The notes below the pieces were generated by a model. It did not search any database and had not been told where the DNA came from. It was given only the letters and a program-made list of their open reading frames with translations. Shown in pieces: positions 1 to 12,162 of a stretch of 54,095 nucleotides of DNA (positions are counted from its first letter, which is position 1; each line of letters opens with the position of its first letter). The translations under genes were made by a program, and so were the position numbers. The DNA comes from Azolla caroliniana. Taxonomy: Eukaryota > Plantae > Polypodiophyta. Where the stretch lies: NCBI GenBank assembly GCA_043228905.1, contig JBHGNT010000199.1:1-54095 (forward strand). The letters are read 5' to 3'.

Positions 1-260
1 GCTAGTAAATGAAGTTGTGAAGGACACAAATGGACAAGGTTGCTTGGTTGAGACCAGACGGTCAATCATTCAACCCTTATTCTTTGTTGTTGCCGTTTCT
101 AATTTAACATGAATAAGATAGTGGGACATCTTGGATACCGACTTGGTTGGAATGCAAACATGCAAGAGAATAGTTTTAGTAGGTTTTACAAAAAGTCAAA
201 CAAAAGTACTTCAACATGCTAAGAAAGATATATGGTGGTTTTGATACATCCACGCCTAGA
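1..260 (+). mobile_element. Highly degenerate RTE-type LINE reverse-transcriptase fragment (tentative)
   Basis: The broken translation (LVNEVVKDTNGQGC...QPLFFV..) loosely resembles the segment before the ADD motif in the LINEs at 3.9-4.2 kb. Very decayed. Confidence 0.3.
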
Positions 261-1066
261 CCATTGGTTTGAATGTGCCCGTGCGACCGTAATACCTACC
301 TTAAATTCTCTTGAGGATGATGGGCACAAAGGAGGCACATCTATTTCTTTCCATTTCATCATGTTTGTGTACTCCTGTTATGTTGTTGCTTTCCTCCCTT
401 CAGTTTTGACGAGCGTAGTGAATTTTAGTTGTTTGATAGTTTTATGGCGAATTTTCAATTTCTGATGCGCAGTTAGTTATGTTATGGTTTGGAGTTGAGC
501 CCAACAAACATATGCAGCCAAATGAAAAACACATGAAGCTATAATATAGCTGTGTTGAAGATTACCATGGTAAAGATGGCTCTCGGTAACATCAACGATC
601 AAATTTAATCAAAGCATGGATGGCGGTGACATACATACTCTTTTCAGTCCACAACGAATAGTTACTCATATCAAGATTCGAAGGCTTATTTATCTCGTTT
701 GGAAATACACTCAGAATGAACACGTGTGCTTTGAATGAAAGTGGACGAAGAGTCAGCAGGTCAGGTCAGATCAGATCAGTGAGTGGAAAAGACATAGCAA
801 CAGACAGGCCGGGCTCTCCTTTTAGAAAATTAAATTTGGTCAAGAACCCTCCCGAGTCCCAACCCAAACCAAATGGCAGAAAGACCTAATTTGTGATGTG
901 CTGTATGTAGCCTGTGCTGGGCTCAGCCTGTATGTCACCCACCCACCTTTTGATTCATTCATTGCTTGCCAATTCATTCATTGTTTGGCCTTCACGCCCA
1001 AACAAACCAATCGTGCCAGTCAACCCAACCGATTCAACTTAAAAACTTGTCTTGTGGCAGCAAGAA

Positions 1067-1100
1067 ACACACACACACACACACTCTCTCTCTCTCTCTC
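1067..1100. repeat. Compound (AC)n(TC)n microsatellite upstream of SDR1
   Basis: Seen directly. Confidence 0.9.
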
Positions 1101-1181
1101 ATTCACTCACTCGAAACTTACACCAAAAACTCCATCCACCTCATGCCCATGCCTGGACTATAACTAACTAACTAACTTAAC

Positions 1182-1195
1182 TATATATATATATA
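1182..1195 (+). promoter_or_regulatory. TATA-like (TA)7 tract of SDR1 promoter
   Basis: TATATATATATATA about 140 bp upstream of the ATG at 1333. A G-box CACGTG lies at 721-726. Confidence 0.5.
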
Positions 1196-1332
1196 CTTCA
1201 AAGAAGGAGCCAACAACATTGTCTCACTGAGCCACACACATACCTAGTACAGAAATAATCCACTAATAATCCACTATCAAATATAAATCTGATACACCAA
1301 AGTTCGACTCTAAACAAGTTAGAGTAGCAGAC

Positions 1333-2175
1333 ATGGCATCGTCCCCGGATCATCATCATCGTCATCCTGATCTCTCTGGCCGAGTGGCCATAGTCACAGG
1401 GGGGTCCCGCGGGATCGGGCGAGAGGTGTGCCTACACTTAGCACAACACGGCGCCTCTGTGGTAGTATGCTACGCAGGAGACGCGCAAGCAGCATCAGAC
1501 GTCCTGGGCCTCATCAATATGCAGACACAAACACAAACGGATGTGGCTGGCGGACAAGAAGAAGAGCAGAAGGCAAAGGCGAAGGCGAAGGCGATAGCCG
1601 TGAAGGGCGACGTGTCGAAAGAGGCGGATGTAAAGGCCATTTTCGATGCTGCGATTCAAGCCTTTGGCCATGTCAACATCGTCATAAATCTGGCTGGCAT
1701 TTTTCTGAGTAGCTACCCCACCTTAGAGCAGACCTCCTCAGAAGATTGGGAGCGAACCATGTCGGTGAACGCCACCGGAACATTCCTGGTCCTTAAAGAG
1801 GCTGCCCAACGAATTGTGGCCGGAGGCAAAGGTCGTATTGTGACCACAAGCTCATCTATGGTGCATGTCCTCAAGCCCGGCTACGGTGCCTATGTGGCCA
1901 GCAAGGCAGCCGTCGAAACCTTAACTAAAATCATGGCCAAGGAATTGAGAGGTCGTCGCATAACAGCCAATTGTGTGGCACCAGGACCAGTGGCCACAGA
2001 CATGTTTTATGCGGGGAAAGACGAGGCACTCGTGGAGAGCTTCAGGGATGCGCCTCCATTGCAACGCCTGGGCACCCCTCAGGACATCGCACCTCTTATC
2101 TTATTCCTGGTCAGTGATGCTGGAGAATGGGTGAATGGGCAGGTCATTCAGGCTAACGGTGGATTGGCCATATGA
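1333..2175 (+). CDS. Short-chain dehydrogenase/reductase, classical type, intronless (copy 1); resembles plant NADPH-dependent aldehyde reductase-like SDRs
   Basis: 280-aa ORF with TGGSRGIG cofactor motif, NLAG, catalytic YVASK, NCVAPGPVATDMF and C-terminal WVNGQVIQANGG. Confidence 0.93.
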   Translation: MASSPDHHHRHPDLSGRVAIVTGGSRGIGREVCLHLAQHGASVVVCYAGDAQAASDVLGLINMQTQTQTDVAGGQEEEQKAKAKAKAIAVKGDVSKEADVKAIFDAAIQAFGHVNIVINLAGIFLSSYPTLEQTSSEDWERTMSVNATGTFLVLKEAAQRIVAGGKGRIVTTSSSMVHVLKPGYGAYVASKAAVETLTKIMAKELRGRRITANCVAPGPVATDMFYAGKDEALVESFRDAPPLQRLGTPQDIAPLILFLVSDAGEWVNGQVIQANGGLAI

Positions 2176-2799
2176 TATGATATGATTATGTCAATACGGC
2201 ACATCTCATATCATACATATAGTGTGCTCTTCTGCTAGTCAGCTGCCTCATTTCTTGTCCTCTTTATGTTATGTAGGTACCATAAATCCGATTTTCCCTC
2301 ACATTGGGCTTTAAAGTATGTATGTAGGATATGTATTTCTTCTAATGCCATCAGCAGACGCACAAATCTAAAACACCTGAAGCTAGCTAGCTTTATCAAG
2401 TCATTATACATAAGGTTTTGCATAAGTTACATACATGACTCTGCAAAATAGTACAGTCAAAATAAAACATTGAAGTTGCAAACACATTTTGAATAAAACA
2501 CGGGAATCATAAGTAGACTGAATATGTCCAATTTGCATCAAACAACGTCATTAGCTGATTTTCTGGTGATGCAACATGGTGGCTCCAAATTAGTAGTGCA
2601 CATACAGTCGATGGTACCACTTCTAATTACCTGCAGTGCAACTCCAAATTCTTGTAGTATATCTTAAAAGAATAAGTGTACCATCTTGAGTTATAACCTA
2701 TCATTTACAGACATCTTTTGTTCGCACCTGTCTTGAGTGCTTGTTTTGTAAGTAAGCGTCTATACGTATAAACAGTTCTTTTACTATAATCAAGCATAC

Positions 2800-4350
2800 C
2801 ATTTGTACAAACTTTGTTCTTGATATGTGTCTCCTCCTAAGAAGGGCTTTTCATACATTGAAGCACAAAGTCTCTATGTGTGAATAAAGCATACACATAT
2901 GAGCTCAACCTTCTTGGTGGTGTCTTAAGAATGACACTTAAGTTATCGCTCCCTCCCTCTTAGTATGTTAGGATATCTTGAACGAATTGCACTATATGTC
3001 GAGCAAGTGACATACATCCTCTACCATGCCTTCATTGCATACTTTGCATGACTTCAAATTCGTTAGATTTTGGTACCATGATGCAACTTCAATACCTAAC
3101 TTATGAGATCGAGTGCGAAGTAGTGTAAGGGCTCTATGAGCATTACTACTCATACTGGTAATGAGATAAGCTTGGATACGATCAATAGACATTCTTGCTT
3201 TATATTGACACCAACATTCAGGGTTGACATTTGCAATGTAGTATTCTAGCTTTGTCCTCTTAGCATCTTCCCACTTCATCCTTGATTCCACCAACCTTTC
3301 CTCAATCCTAACATCCTGCATAACATTACCTGAAAGCTCTAAAGGGTCATCCTCACCCCATCCTCTAAACCATTTCCTTATGTCAACAACCCAACCAAAT
3401 GAGAGAATCTTAATTTTATGATTCTTTTGTATCTTACATCCAACATTCCAAGCAAGATGTGGTAATCGACGATTCGACATATTCTTGACTTTTGTAATGT
3501 ATTTATATACTCTTTGGAGTGCCAATAGTTTTATGGGTCGAACACTTCTTTCCAAGAGCATAACTTGGTAAGAGGTAGTGCATTTAGATTATGATTCCCT
3601 CCTTACAAACATCTTTTGATTTTCTCAATCTCATTCCATACATTAAGAGAGATGATGCCACCCCATACTTGTACTCCATAAAGCAATACTTGAGTTACCA
3701 TGACATTAAACAACAATAGTTTTACTTCCCATCCACAAGTATCCACTTTGCTTGCATTAGGCCTCCAAAAGGTAATACGATTCCCAACCAGCTTGGAGCC
3801 TAGAATCAAAGCATGCACTCCATTTATTTATGGCGGGTACATCAATACCAAGATATTTAAAGCTTCGAACAAATTGTATTTATCCACCTCTATATGTGAG
3901 CATAGGGTAATGATGAGGTTGCATGGTTTGCACTACCATCATTTTTGTTTTCTCCACATTCATTGTTAGTCCACTACTATGGCAAAATTCTTCTAATACC
4001 CCAAGTAAATTTTGCTTTCTATCAATATCATATGAGAAGAGTACCACATTATCTGCATATAGAAGCAATAAGATAACATGTTGCATCAATTTGGGGCATT
4101 CAATTCTTCTTCTCTTGTAACCTTATTCGCCACTTCTTCTAATTTATCAACACATAAGCCAAAGAGTATGGGTGATAGTGGACATCCTTGCTTGACCCCC
4201 ATGTTACTTAAAAACTACTTTGAGAATCCACTATCCATTTTTAGTTGGCATTTAACTGGTTCATATAGGCATGCAACAGTAACTCCGTACTCTAATGACA
4301 TATCAATCTCTACCATTCTATTCCAAAGCTCACTTCGTGGTACGATATCA
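2800..4350 (-). mobile_element. RTE-clade LINE remnant (RT C-terminal part and C-terminal domain), 5'-truncated
   Basis: Minus-strand fragments DIVPRSELWNRM, GVKQGCPLSP, LLLYADNVVL, NVEKTKMMV, LLYGVQVWG and LRTRSHKLGIE..CKVC..EDVCHLL, with frameshifts. Confidence 0.85.
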
Positions 4351-5094
4351 TGTTTGCAACTTGGAGACTTCACAAGCAATGTGGGAGTACATACTAAACT
4401 CAGTCGACCCTGTGTTGGAACAACAAAAATAAAATATTCCCCTATAGTTCTCTCATGAACCTAGAATTGCATGAGGCCAAATTACAACATGATCCATTTA
4501 TTAGCAAGTGCAAAAAACAATTAGATGCAACAACGACATAACATACGTAGATTGAGACCTTGAAATGTGAGATCTTGATGGTAGAATTACCATAATCTTG
4601 GAGCATGTTTGTCAACATCCATAGTGAGCACAAAGACTTCAACCTATAAAGCCTAATAGCAACACTGAAGCTTGACGAATTGTGAAGGAAAAGGACAAAC
4701 GCTCAACGTGAAGCAGCCACGGTCGTGGAATCAATGAGTCAAGGAAACTTTTCAACACAAAAGTTTCAGAAATGTAAACCTAAAAATAGGCCTAATTGAG
4801 TAGGTATCGCCATATTCACTATTAGTTGCGGATCTTGCACCAGTCTAGCCATTTTGAACAAGAGCACTGCAAGAAGAAGTGGTACACCCTAAAAGGAAAG
4901 GCGGAGAGAGTTCTTCCTCCAGTACATAGTGCCTTCCTTGTTAGAAACTCCGAATACACATTGTTATGAAGAAGAAGCTAACAATCCCATTCAAGTTGGA
5001 AAAACTATTGGTGCTAAACCCTTAACAAATAATTGAACCCTCCACAACTACCAACTTTTTTTACAAGCCCTTGAACTTACTGAGATTGGGTGAT

Positions 5095-6255
5095 TGTAAA
5101 GAATCGGATATGATTCTTGTGAAGCAGAAGAGATGTGAGTTATGTGTGTATGTGTGAGAGAAGAGAGGAGAAGAGAGAAACACAAGATAGATAAGAGACA
5201 ATATGAAGTACTCAAGAAGAAGAAGGAGATGTATATTAACAAGTAGAATATGAGATACAAAATAGCGTTACAAGGAGTCACAACCGACTTAGTATGAAGT
5301 ATGAGGAGGGTGCTTTATATAGAGTTATCCTCTCTCTTCATTAACTTACAACAACCACTCTCTATCTTGGGGAATGTGAAGCCTCATAGTCATGGGGAAT
5401 ATGTAACTCATTAGTTATGTGTCATAAAATATGATTCTATGACACATAGTTAATGTGTAGAGAGTAGTGGTGTGACTCTTGACCTTTGAGTAATCATAGA
5501 TTCTCAAAAGGTGTGTTCACACGTTGTGCTATGTTGATCTTGATTCTCAACACAACCCCTCAAGATCAACTCGGGTTGGTTCCTTTTGATTGATGTCCGC
5601 TTCGGTTGGTATCCGATTCGGACGATCTCCGGTGTCCGTTTCGGCTCATACCCGGTTCGGACAATATCTGGTTCTCGCTTGTACTCCCCGTCAAGCTTGG
5701 CAAGTCAGGGATCGTCAATCCAAGGTCTGACATGAATTGTCGAAGCTTGTCGGCTCCTAAGGCTTTGGTGAAGATGTCGGCCGTCTGAAGATTCGTGTTG
5801 ATGTGTTGAAGGTCAACATCTCCAACCTCTACGCGCTCTCGAATGAAGTGATAGTGCACTTCGATATGCTTTGTGTGTGCGTGGAACACCGGGTTCTGAG
5901 CCAGATATATACTTCTCATGTTGTCGCAGTAAAGGGGAGTCAGATCCTTGATGGGAACGCCCAGATCCTTCAAAATCCTCTTGAGCCATACGGCTTCACA
6001 TGCAGCTACGGATGTGCCCATGTATTCCGCCGCCGTACTTGAAAGAGCGACGGTAGTTGCTTCTTGCTACTCCACGAAATCGCTCTGATGCCGAGGGGGA
6101 AGACAAATCCGGAGGTCAATCGTCGATCGGCTTTGTAGGTAGCCTAGTCCGCGTCTGTGTACCCTTTGAGTCATATTGGTGTGGCCAATGCGTAGAGAAC
6201 GTCGTAATCCATTGTGTCGCTCACGTATCGTAATACTCGCTTAGCGTAATCCAAG
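5095..6255 (-). mobile_element. Copia element A: 3' LTR (5095-5552), PPT (5553-5564) and RNase H end; 5' part missing
   Basis: LTR bounded by TG(taaagaatc)...(ttctcaa)CA, a diverged relative of the element C LTR. RNase H motifs [24 protein letters not shown] and QTADIFTKAL. Confidence 0.88.
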
Positions 6256-6312
6256 TGTCGTGACTTGAGAATAGGAGAGAGAAAAATAAGATGACAATAG
6301 AAGGTAGAGGGG

Positions 6313-6344
<32 letters not shown>

Positions 6345-6686
6345 ACACTAGAAATGGAAAGAGAGTTTATATTATAAGAGAGCAAGGATTACAAAGAGTA
6401 GGCTAAGGGGCTACAAACTAGTGTTGAACCGAATGAGTTGTGATGAATGAATAGACACCTATTTATAGGTCCTTATGGAGTATTCTAGAATGTTCTAGAA
6501 TATTTTAGATATTTATGATATTTAATATAATCATGGAATATCCTAGAATGTTCTAGAATACTCTAGATTGTTCTGGAATACTCTAGAATGTTCTAGAATA
6601 CTCTAAATGTCTTGTAATAACTAATAATACATTTATTATAACTATACATCATATATGTTAGTATAATGGTTAAAGGTTTAACATAT
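6256..6686 (-). mobile_element. Partial LTR (element B) inserted in element A and interrupted by element C
   Basis: Begins at TGTCGTG exactly where element A homology stops. It has a minus-strand TATA (CTATAAATA, 6460-6468), a CT-rich downstream region and an upstream HSE array. Confidence 0.65.
6482..6604. promoter_or_regulatory. Heat shock element (HSE) array
   Basis: aTTCt-aGAAt-gTTCt-aGAAt at 6482-6501. Also 14 contiguous alternating nGAAn/nTTCn-type pentamers at 6535-6604 (9 perfect, 5 with one mismatch). Confidence 0.75.
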
Positions 6687-7068
6687 TGTAAAGAATCAAG
6701 AGATTGATTCTTGTGAAGCGGAATAGGTGTGAACTGTGTGTGTATGTGTGTATGAGATAGAGAGAGAGACACACACACAGAGTATACGCAAGGTTAAGTA
6801 TATTAGCAAAGGAGAAAGACTCAACATTATACAAGCTGGGAGGAGGGTGCTTTATGTAGTCACCCTCTCTCTTCATTAACTACAAGGCTCATGGAGCATG
6901 GGGAATGTGAAAGCTCATAAGTTACGTGTCATAGAATATGATTCTATGACTCATACTAAATGCTAGAATACAAAGTGGTGACATAATGGTGACTCTTGAC
7001 CGTTGGAGTGTCTCTTCACTCTCAAGGTGAGTTCACACACTAGACCAAGTTGAGCTTGATTCTCAACA
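6687..7068 (-). repeat. 3' LTR of Copia C (382 bp)
   Basis: Its first 255 bp appear identical to 12739-12993. Adjacent polypurine tract CTTGAGGGGGCG on the minus strand. Confidence 0.95.
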
Positions 7069-9037
7069 CGCCCCCTCAAGCTCAAGTCGGGTCGGTTTCA
7101 GACTGTATCCGAAATCCGCTTCAACTCGCGTTCTAGAGTCCGCGTCAACTCGTGTCGACTCGCATGTATGCGGAGTTGCGGAATCCGTGCTCCAGCTTGC
7201 GTTGTGCGTAGTTACGAAATCAGTGCTTCGGCTTGCGTGCGTAGTTGCGAAGTTTGTGCTTCGACTTGCGTCTTTCTTCGCGGTTTTGTTGCGTGGTTGC
7301 GGAATCCACGCGTTATTGCATAGTGTCTTCAGTACTCCCCCTCAAGCTTGGCAAATCACGGATCGTCAATCCGAGATCGGTCATGAATTGCCATAGCTTG
7401 TCGGCTCCTAAGGCTTTAGTGAAGATGTCGGTCGTTTGAAAATTGGTGCTTATGTGTTGTAGGTCGACGTCGCTAGCCAGAACGCGCTCTCGGATGAAGT
7501 GATAGTGCACTTCGATGTGCTTTGTCCTCGCGTGGAACACCGGGTTCCGAGCCAGATAGATATTGCTCATGTTGTCGCAGTAAAGGGAAGTCGGATCCTT
7601 GATGGGTACGCCCAGATCCTTCAAAATCCTCTTGAGCCATACGGCTTCACACGCAGCTACAGCTGCGCCCCTGTATTCCGCCTCCGTACTCGAAAGAGCG
7701 ACGGTGGGCTGCTTCTTGCTACTCCAGGATATTGCTCCGCTGCAAAGGGAGAAAACAAATCCGGAGGTTGATCTTCTATCGGCTTTGTAGCCGGCCCAAT
7801 CGGCGTCTGTGTACCCCTCGAGTCGTATTGGCATCGCAGCCTTGTAGAGGATGCCACAATCCATTGTGCCGCTCACGTACCGTAGAACTCGCTTAGCGCA
7901 ATCCAAGTGAGTATCACACGGTGTTTGCATGAATTGGCTAAGGAGACCGACCGGATAACTGAGATCGGGTCGAGTGATCGTGAGGTAGATGAGACTCCCG
8001 ATGAGTTGCCAATACTGAGTCATCTTTGCCACCAGGGCAAAGGTCTCTTCGTAGTCGACGCCATGCGTCTGAGCGTATCCTTTCGCTACGAGTCGAGCTT
8101 TGTAGCGGTTTACAGAGTCATCGGCGTTATACTTCACCTTGTAGATCCATCTAGATCCGATCGCCTTTTTGTGTGGTGAGGTGGGAACGAGATCCCACGT
8201 CTCGTTCTTCCGTAGTGCCTGCATCTCCTCGTTCATTGCTTCGATCCATCGCGGGTCCTTCGCGGCTTCCGAAAAGGTTTCCGGCTCCCGTACTGTCACT
8301 ACCTTCATCATAAAGGCGTAATGGTACGCCATGTAATCGTTGTAGCCGAATCGGCTTACGGGGTTCTTTTCACGAGTGGATCGGCGGAGCTTTTCATTTG
8401 CAGAGATGAGGACTTTCTTTGCTCCGATTGGTACCTCGAAACAGCCGAACTCACTGTCGAGTGAGTGAGTTGACTCATCATCGGTGAAGCGATCGTCTTC
8501 GTATTCCGCCATTTTCGCCTTGCCTTTGTCCATCTACGGGCTAGGCCGTGATGTGCTTTGATCGCTCAAAGGCTCTTGTGGTCCGCTCAGTCGAGTCGTG
8601 ATCGGACTTTCTTCGAACATGCGCGTAAGATGATCTTCATCCTCTATCTCTTGTTCGGTGGATTCCGGATCGAGCGGAGTCGGAGGCGAAGTTGTCTCTG
8701 GTGCGTACCAGGATGCAGACTCGTCAAAGACGACGTCTCGACTTACCCGAGATTTTCGAGTTGAGGGGTTGTAGCACTTGTACCCCTTTTGCTCCAGTGA
8801 GTATCCTACGAGGATACATTTCTCCGACTTCGGGTCAAGCTTTTGATGCTTCTCGTCGGGGATGTGCACGTACGCAATGGAGCCGAATATCCGAACATGT
8901 GATAGATTCGGCTTCTTTCCGAAGAATCTTTCATGTGGAGTGACCTCGTGCACGCCGGATGTTGTGCATCGGTTCATTAGGTAGACAGCCGTATTTGCCG
9001 CTTCGGCCCAATATGACTTGGGCATATGCTTCTCGTT

Positions 9038-12000
9038 CATCATGGCCCGCGCTACTTCGAGGATGTGTCAATTTTTGCGCTCGGCTACTCCGTCTTGTTG
9101 CGGAGTGTGTCGGCAAGTGAATTCTCGCCGAATTCCTTCCTTTCGGAGATACACCGTGAAATCATCCGAGAAGTACTCCTTGCCGCCATCCGATCGAAGG
9201 CATCGTACATGTCGGCCCGTGGCTTTCTCGACTTCATTCTTGAAATTTTGGAAGTGTCTGAACACTTCGCTCTTTTGCCGCATCGGGTAGATCCAAGTGT
9301 GCCTAGAAAAGTCGTCGACGAAGAGCACGTAATAGGGGCATCCGCCGAATGTCGCCGTTTGAGCCGGACCCCATATATCGGAATGAATTACGTCGAGTAC
9401 GCCTTTGCTCACATTCCGCTCCTTCGGAAATGGGTGTCGGTGTTGCTTGCCGAATTGGCACGCTTCGCATACACCTTCAATCTCCTTCTCTTTGAATGTC
9501 GGGAGTCCGATAACAACTCCTTTCGATTTCATTGCTTTGAGTTTGTTGAGCTTGATGTGGCCGATTCGCTTATGCCATAGCTCTATGTCGGAGTTGGCTT
9601 TTGTGCTTTTCGCGAACATGGCGGATTTCATCTCGTGTGAATCGAGAATGAACATTCGGCCCTCTCTTCTTCCGCGTGCGATGATTCGGCCTTCTTTTTC
9701 GATGAAGCACCCTTCTTGGTCGAATCGTACTTGCATCCCTTGCTCAACCATTTGGCCAACCGAGACCAAATTCTTTGTGATGGTAGGTACATGCAAGACA
9801 TTTTTAATGTATGTTTGCTTACCTCTTTCGCCGAACGAGACATTCCCAATGTGCCGAATCGGGTGCGTAGTGTCATCTCCGGTTTCGACATAACCGGGTC
9901 GCTCCGGCTCTCGAAGTTCGAGAAACCATTCTTTATGGGATGTCATATGGTTTGAGGCTCCGGAGTCTACAAACCATACGTCCTCCGGATTGAGGGCACT
10001 AGTTGAGGTAGAGGCCGACATAAAGTTTGCTCTATGTTTTATCATGAACATTCCGCCACGGTCGGAGTTGCGTGTATACATTCCGCCACGATCTTCATAG
10101 TCGGAGTTGTTCCCGTACATTCCGCTATACTCTTCGTAGTCGGAATTGTGTGCGTAATTCGTGAGTTATCGGCTTGTGGAAGCCAATTCACGCATCTTCT
10201 TTCGGCACTCTTCTTCGTGGTGGTCGAGCTTTCCGCAATATCCGCATTTGGTTGCGTTTTGACGGCTCAGGCCGGAGTGGAAGCTCCCCCTTCTTGCGAA
10301 GGTTCCTCGTTGGCCTCCGTTTTGCGGCCGAAATTGGGAGTTGTTGTCGTAGGTCGGACCTCGTCCGCCTTGTCCTTGTCCGAATCGGCCTCTCGCTCGT
10401 CCGCGTCCTCTTCCTCCAGTAGAGTGCGTGTAGAGCATGTGGCCTTCCGACTCATTGCTCCTTGTACGCACATGGTTTTCTTCGACCAATAGCATTGATT
10501 GGAGCTCGAAGAAGGAGGGCGATTTCTCCCGTGCTAGAACGGGGGTTCGCATCGCGCCGAACCGTGGTGCGAGGCCGCCGAGGCATATTTGCACCATCTC
10601 ATCATCATCTATACATCATGGCCCGCGCTACTTCGAGGATGTGTCAATTTTTGCGCTCGGCTACTCCGTCTTGTTGCGGAGTGTGTCGGCAAGTGAATTC
10701 TCGCCGAATTCCTTCCTTTCGGAGATACACCGTGAAATCATCCGAGAAGTACTCCTTGCCGCCATCCGATCGAAGGCATCGTACATGTCGGCCCGTGGCT
10801 TTCTCGACTTCATTCTTGAAATTTTGGAAGTGTCTGAACACTTCGCTCTTTTGCCGCATCGGGTAGATCCAAGTGTGCCTAGAAAAGTCGTCGACGAAGA
10901 GCACGTAATAGGGGCATCCGCCGAATGTCGCCGTTTGAGCCGGACCCCATATATCGGAATGAATTACGTCGAGTACGCCTTTGCTCACATTCCGCTCCTT
11001 CGGAAATGGGTGTCGGTGTTGCTTGCCGAATTGGCACGCTTCGCATACACCTTCAATCTCCTTCTCTTTGAATGTCGGGAGTCCGATAACAACTCCTTTC
11101 GATTTCATTGCTTTGAGTTTGTTGAGCTTGATGTGGCCGATTCGCTTATGCCATAGCTCTATGTCGGAGTTGGCTTTTGTGCTTTTCGCGAACATGGCGG
11201 ATTTCATCTCGTGTGAATCGAGAATGAACATTCGGCCCTCTCTTCTTCCGCGTGCGATGATTCGGCCTTCTTTTTCGATGAAGCACCCTTCTTGGTCGAA
11301 TCGTACTTGCATCCCTTGCTCAACCATTTGGCCAACCGAGACCAAATTCTTTGTGATGGTAGGTACATGCAAGACATTTTTAATGTATGTTTGCTTACCT
11401 CTTTCGCCGAACGAGACATTCCCAATGTGCCGAATCGGGTGCGTAGTGTCATCTCCGGTTTCGACATAACCGGGTCGCTCCGGCTCTCGAAGTTCGAGAA
11501 ACCATTCTTTATGGGATGTCATATGGTTTGAGGCTCCGGAGTCTACAAACCATACGTCCTCCGGATTGAGGGCACTAGTTGAGGTAGAGGCCGACATAAA
11601 GTTTGCTCTATGTTTTATCATGAACATTCCGCCACGGTCGGAGTTGCGTGTATACATTCCGCCACGATCTTCATAGTCGGAGTTGTTCCCGTACATTCCG
11701 CTATACTCTTCGTAGTCGGAATTGTGTGCGTAATTCGTGAGTTATCGGCTTGTGGAAGCCAATTCACGCATCTTCTTTCGGCACTCTTCTTCGTGGTGGT
11801 CGAGCTTTCCGCAATATCCGCATTTGGTTGCGTTTTGACGGCTCAGGCCGGAGTGGAAGCTCCCCCTTCTTGCGAAGGTTCCTCGTTGGCCTCCGTTTTG
11901 CGGCCGAAATTGGGAGTTGTTGTCGTAGGTCGGACCTCGTCCGCCTTGTCCTTGTCCGAATCGGCCTCTCGCTCGTCCGCGTCCTCTTCCTCCAGTAGAG

Positions 12001-12162
12001 TGCGTGTAGAGCATGTGGCCTTCCGACTCATTGCTCCTTGTACGCACATGGTTTTCTTCGACCAATAGCATTGATTGGAGCTCGAAGAAGGAGGGCGATT
12101 TCTCCCGTGCTAGAACGGGGGTTCGCATCGCGCCGAACCGTGGTGCGAGGCCGCCGAGGCAT
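9038..12162. repeat. Direct duplication of 1549 bp (9038-10586 = 10614-12162, offset 1576) inside Copia C
   Basis: Identical ORF translations at +1576 offset. A 27-bp unique spacer lies at 10587-10613. Confidence 0.95.

Noticed and set aside
1333-2175. Horizontal transfer of the intronless SDR from bacteria
   Set aside because: Similar SDRs exist in other land plants, and lack of introns alone is not evidence. A phylogeny would be needed.
6482-6604. CRISPR-like repeat array
   Set aside because: Contiguous 10-bp units without unique spacers in a eukaryotic LTR; better explained as an HSE minisatellite.
10166-10168. TAA shortly after the Gag zinc knuckle (also at 11742-11744) as a programmed gag-pol readthrough stop
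   Set aside because: The context (CGA TAA CTC) is not the CAR-YYA readthrough signal, and related element F is open across this region. A CAA>TAA mutation predating the duplication is simpler.
9026-12068. Long + strand ORFs (184, 239, 162, 152 aa) antisense to Copia C
   Set aside because: Shadow ORFs of a GC-rich pol frame, with no recognisable motifs.
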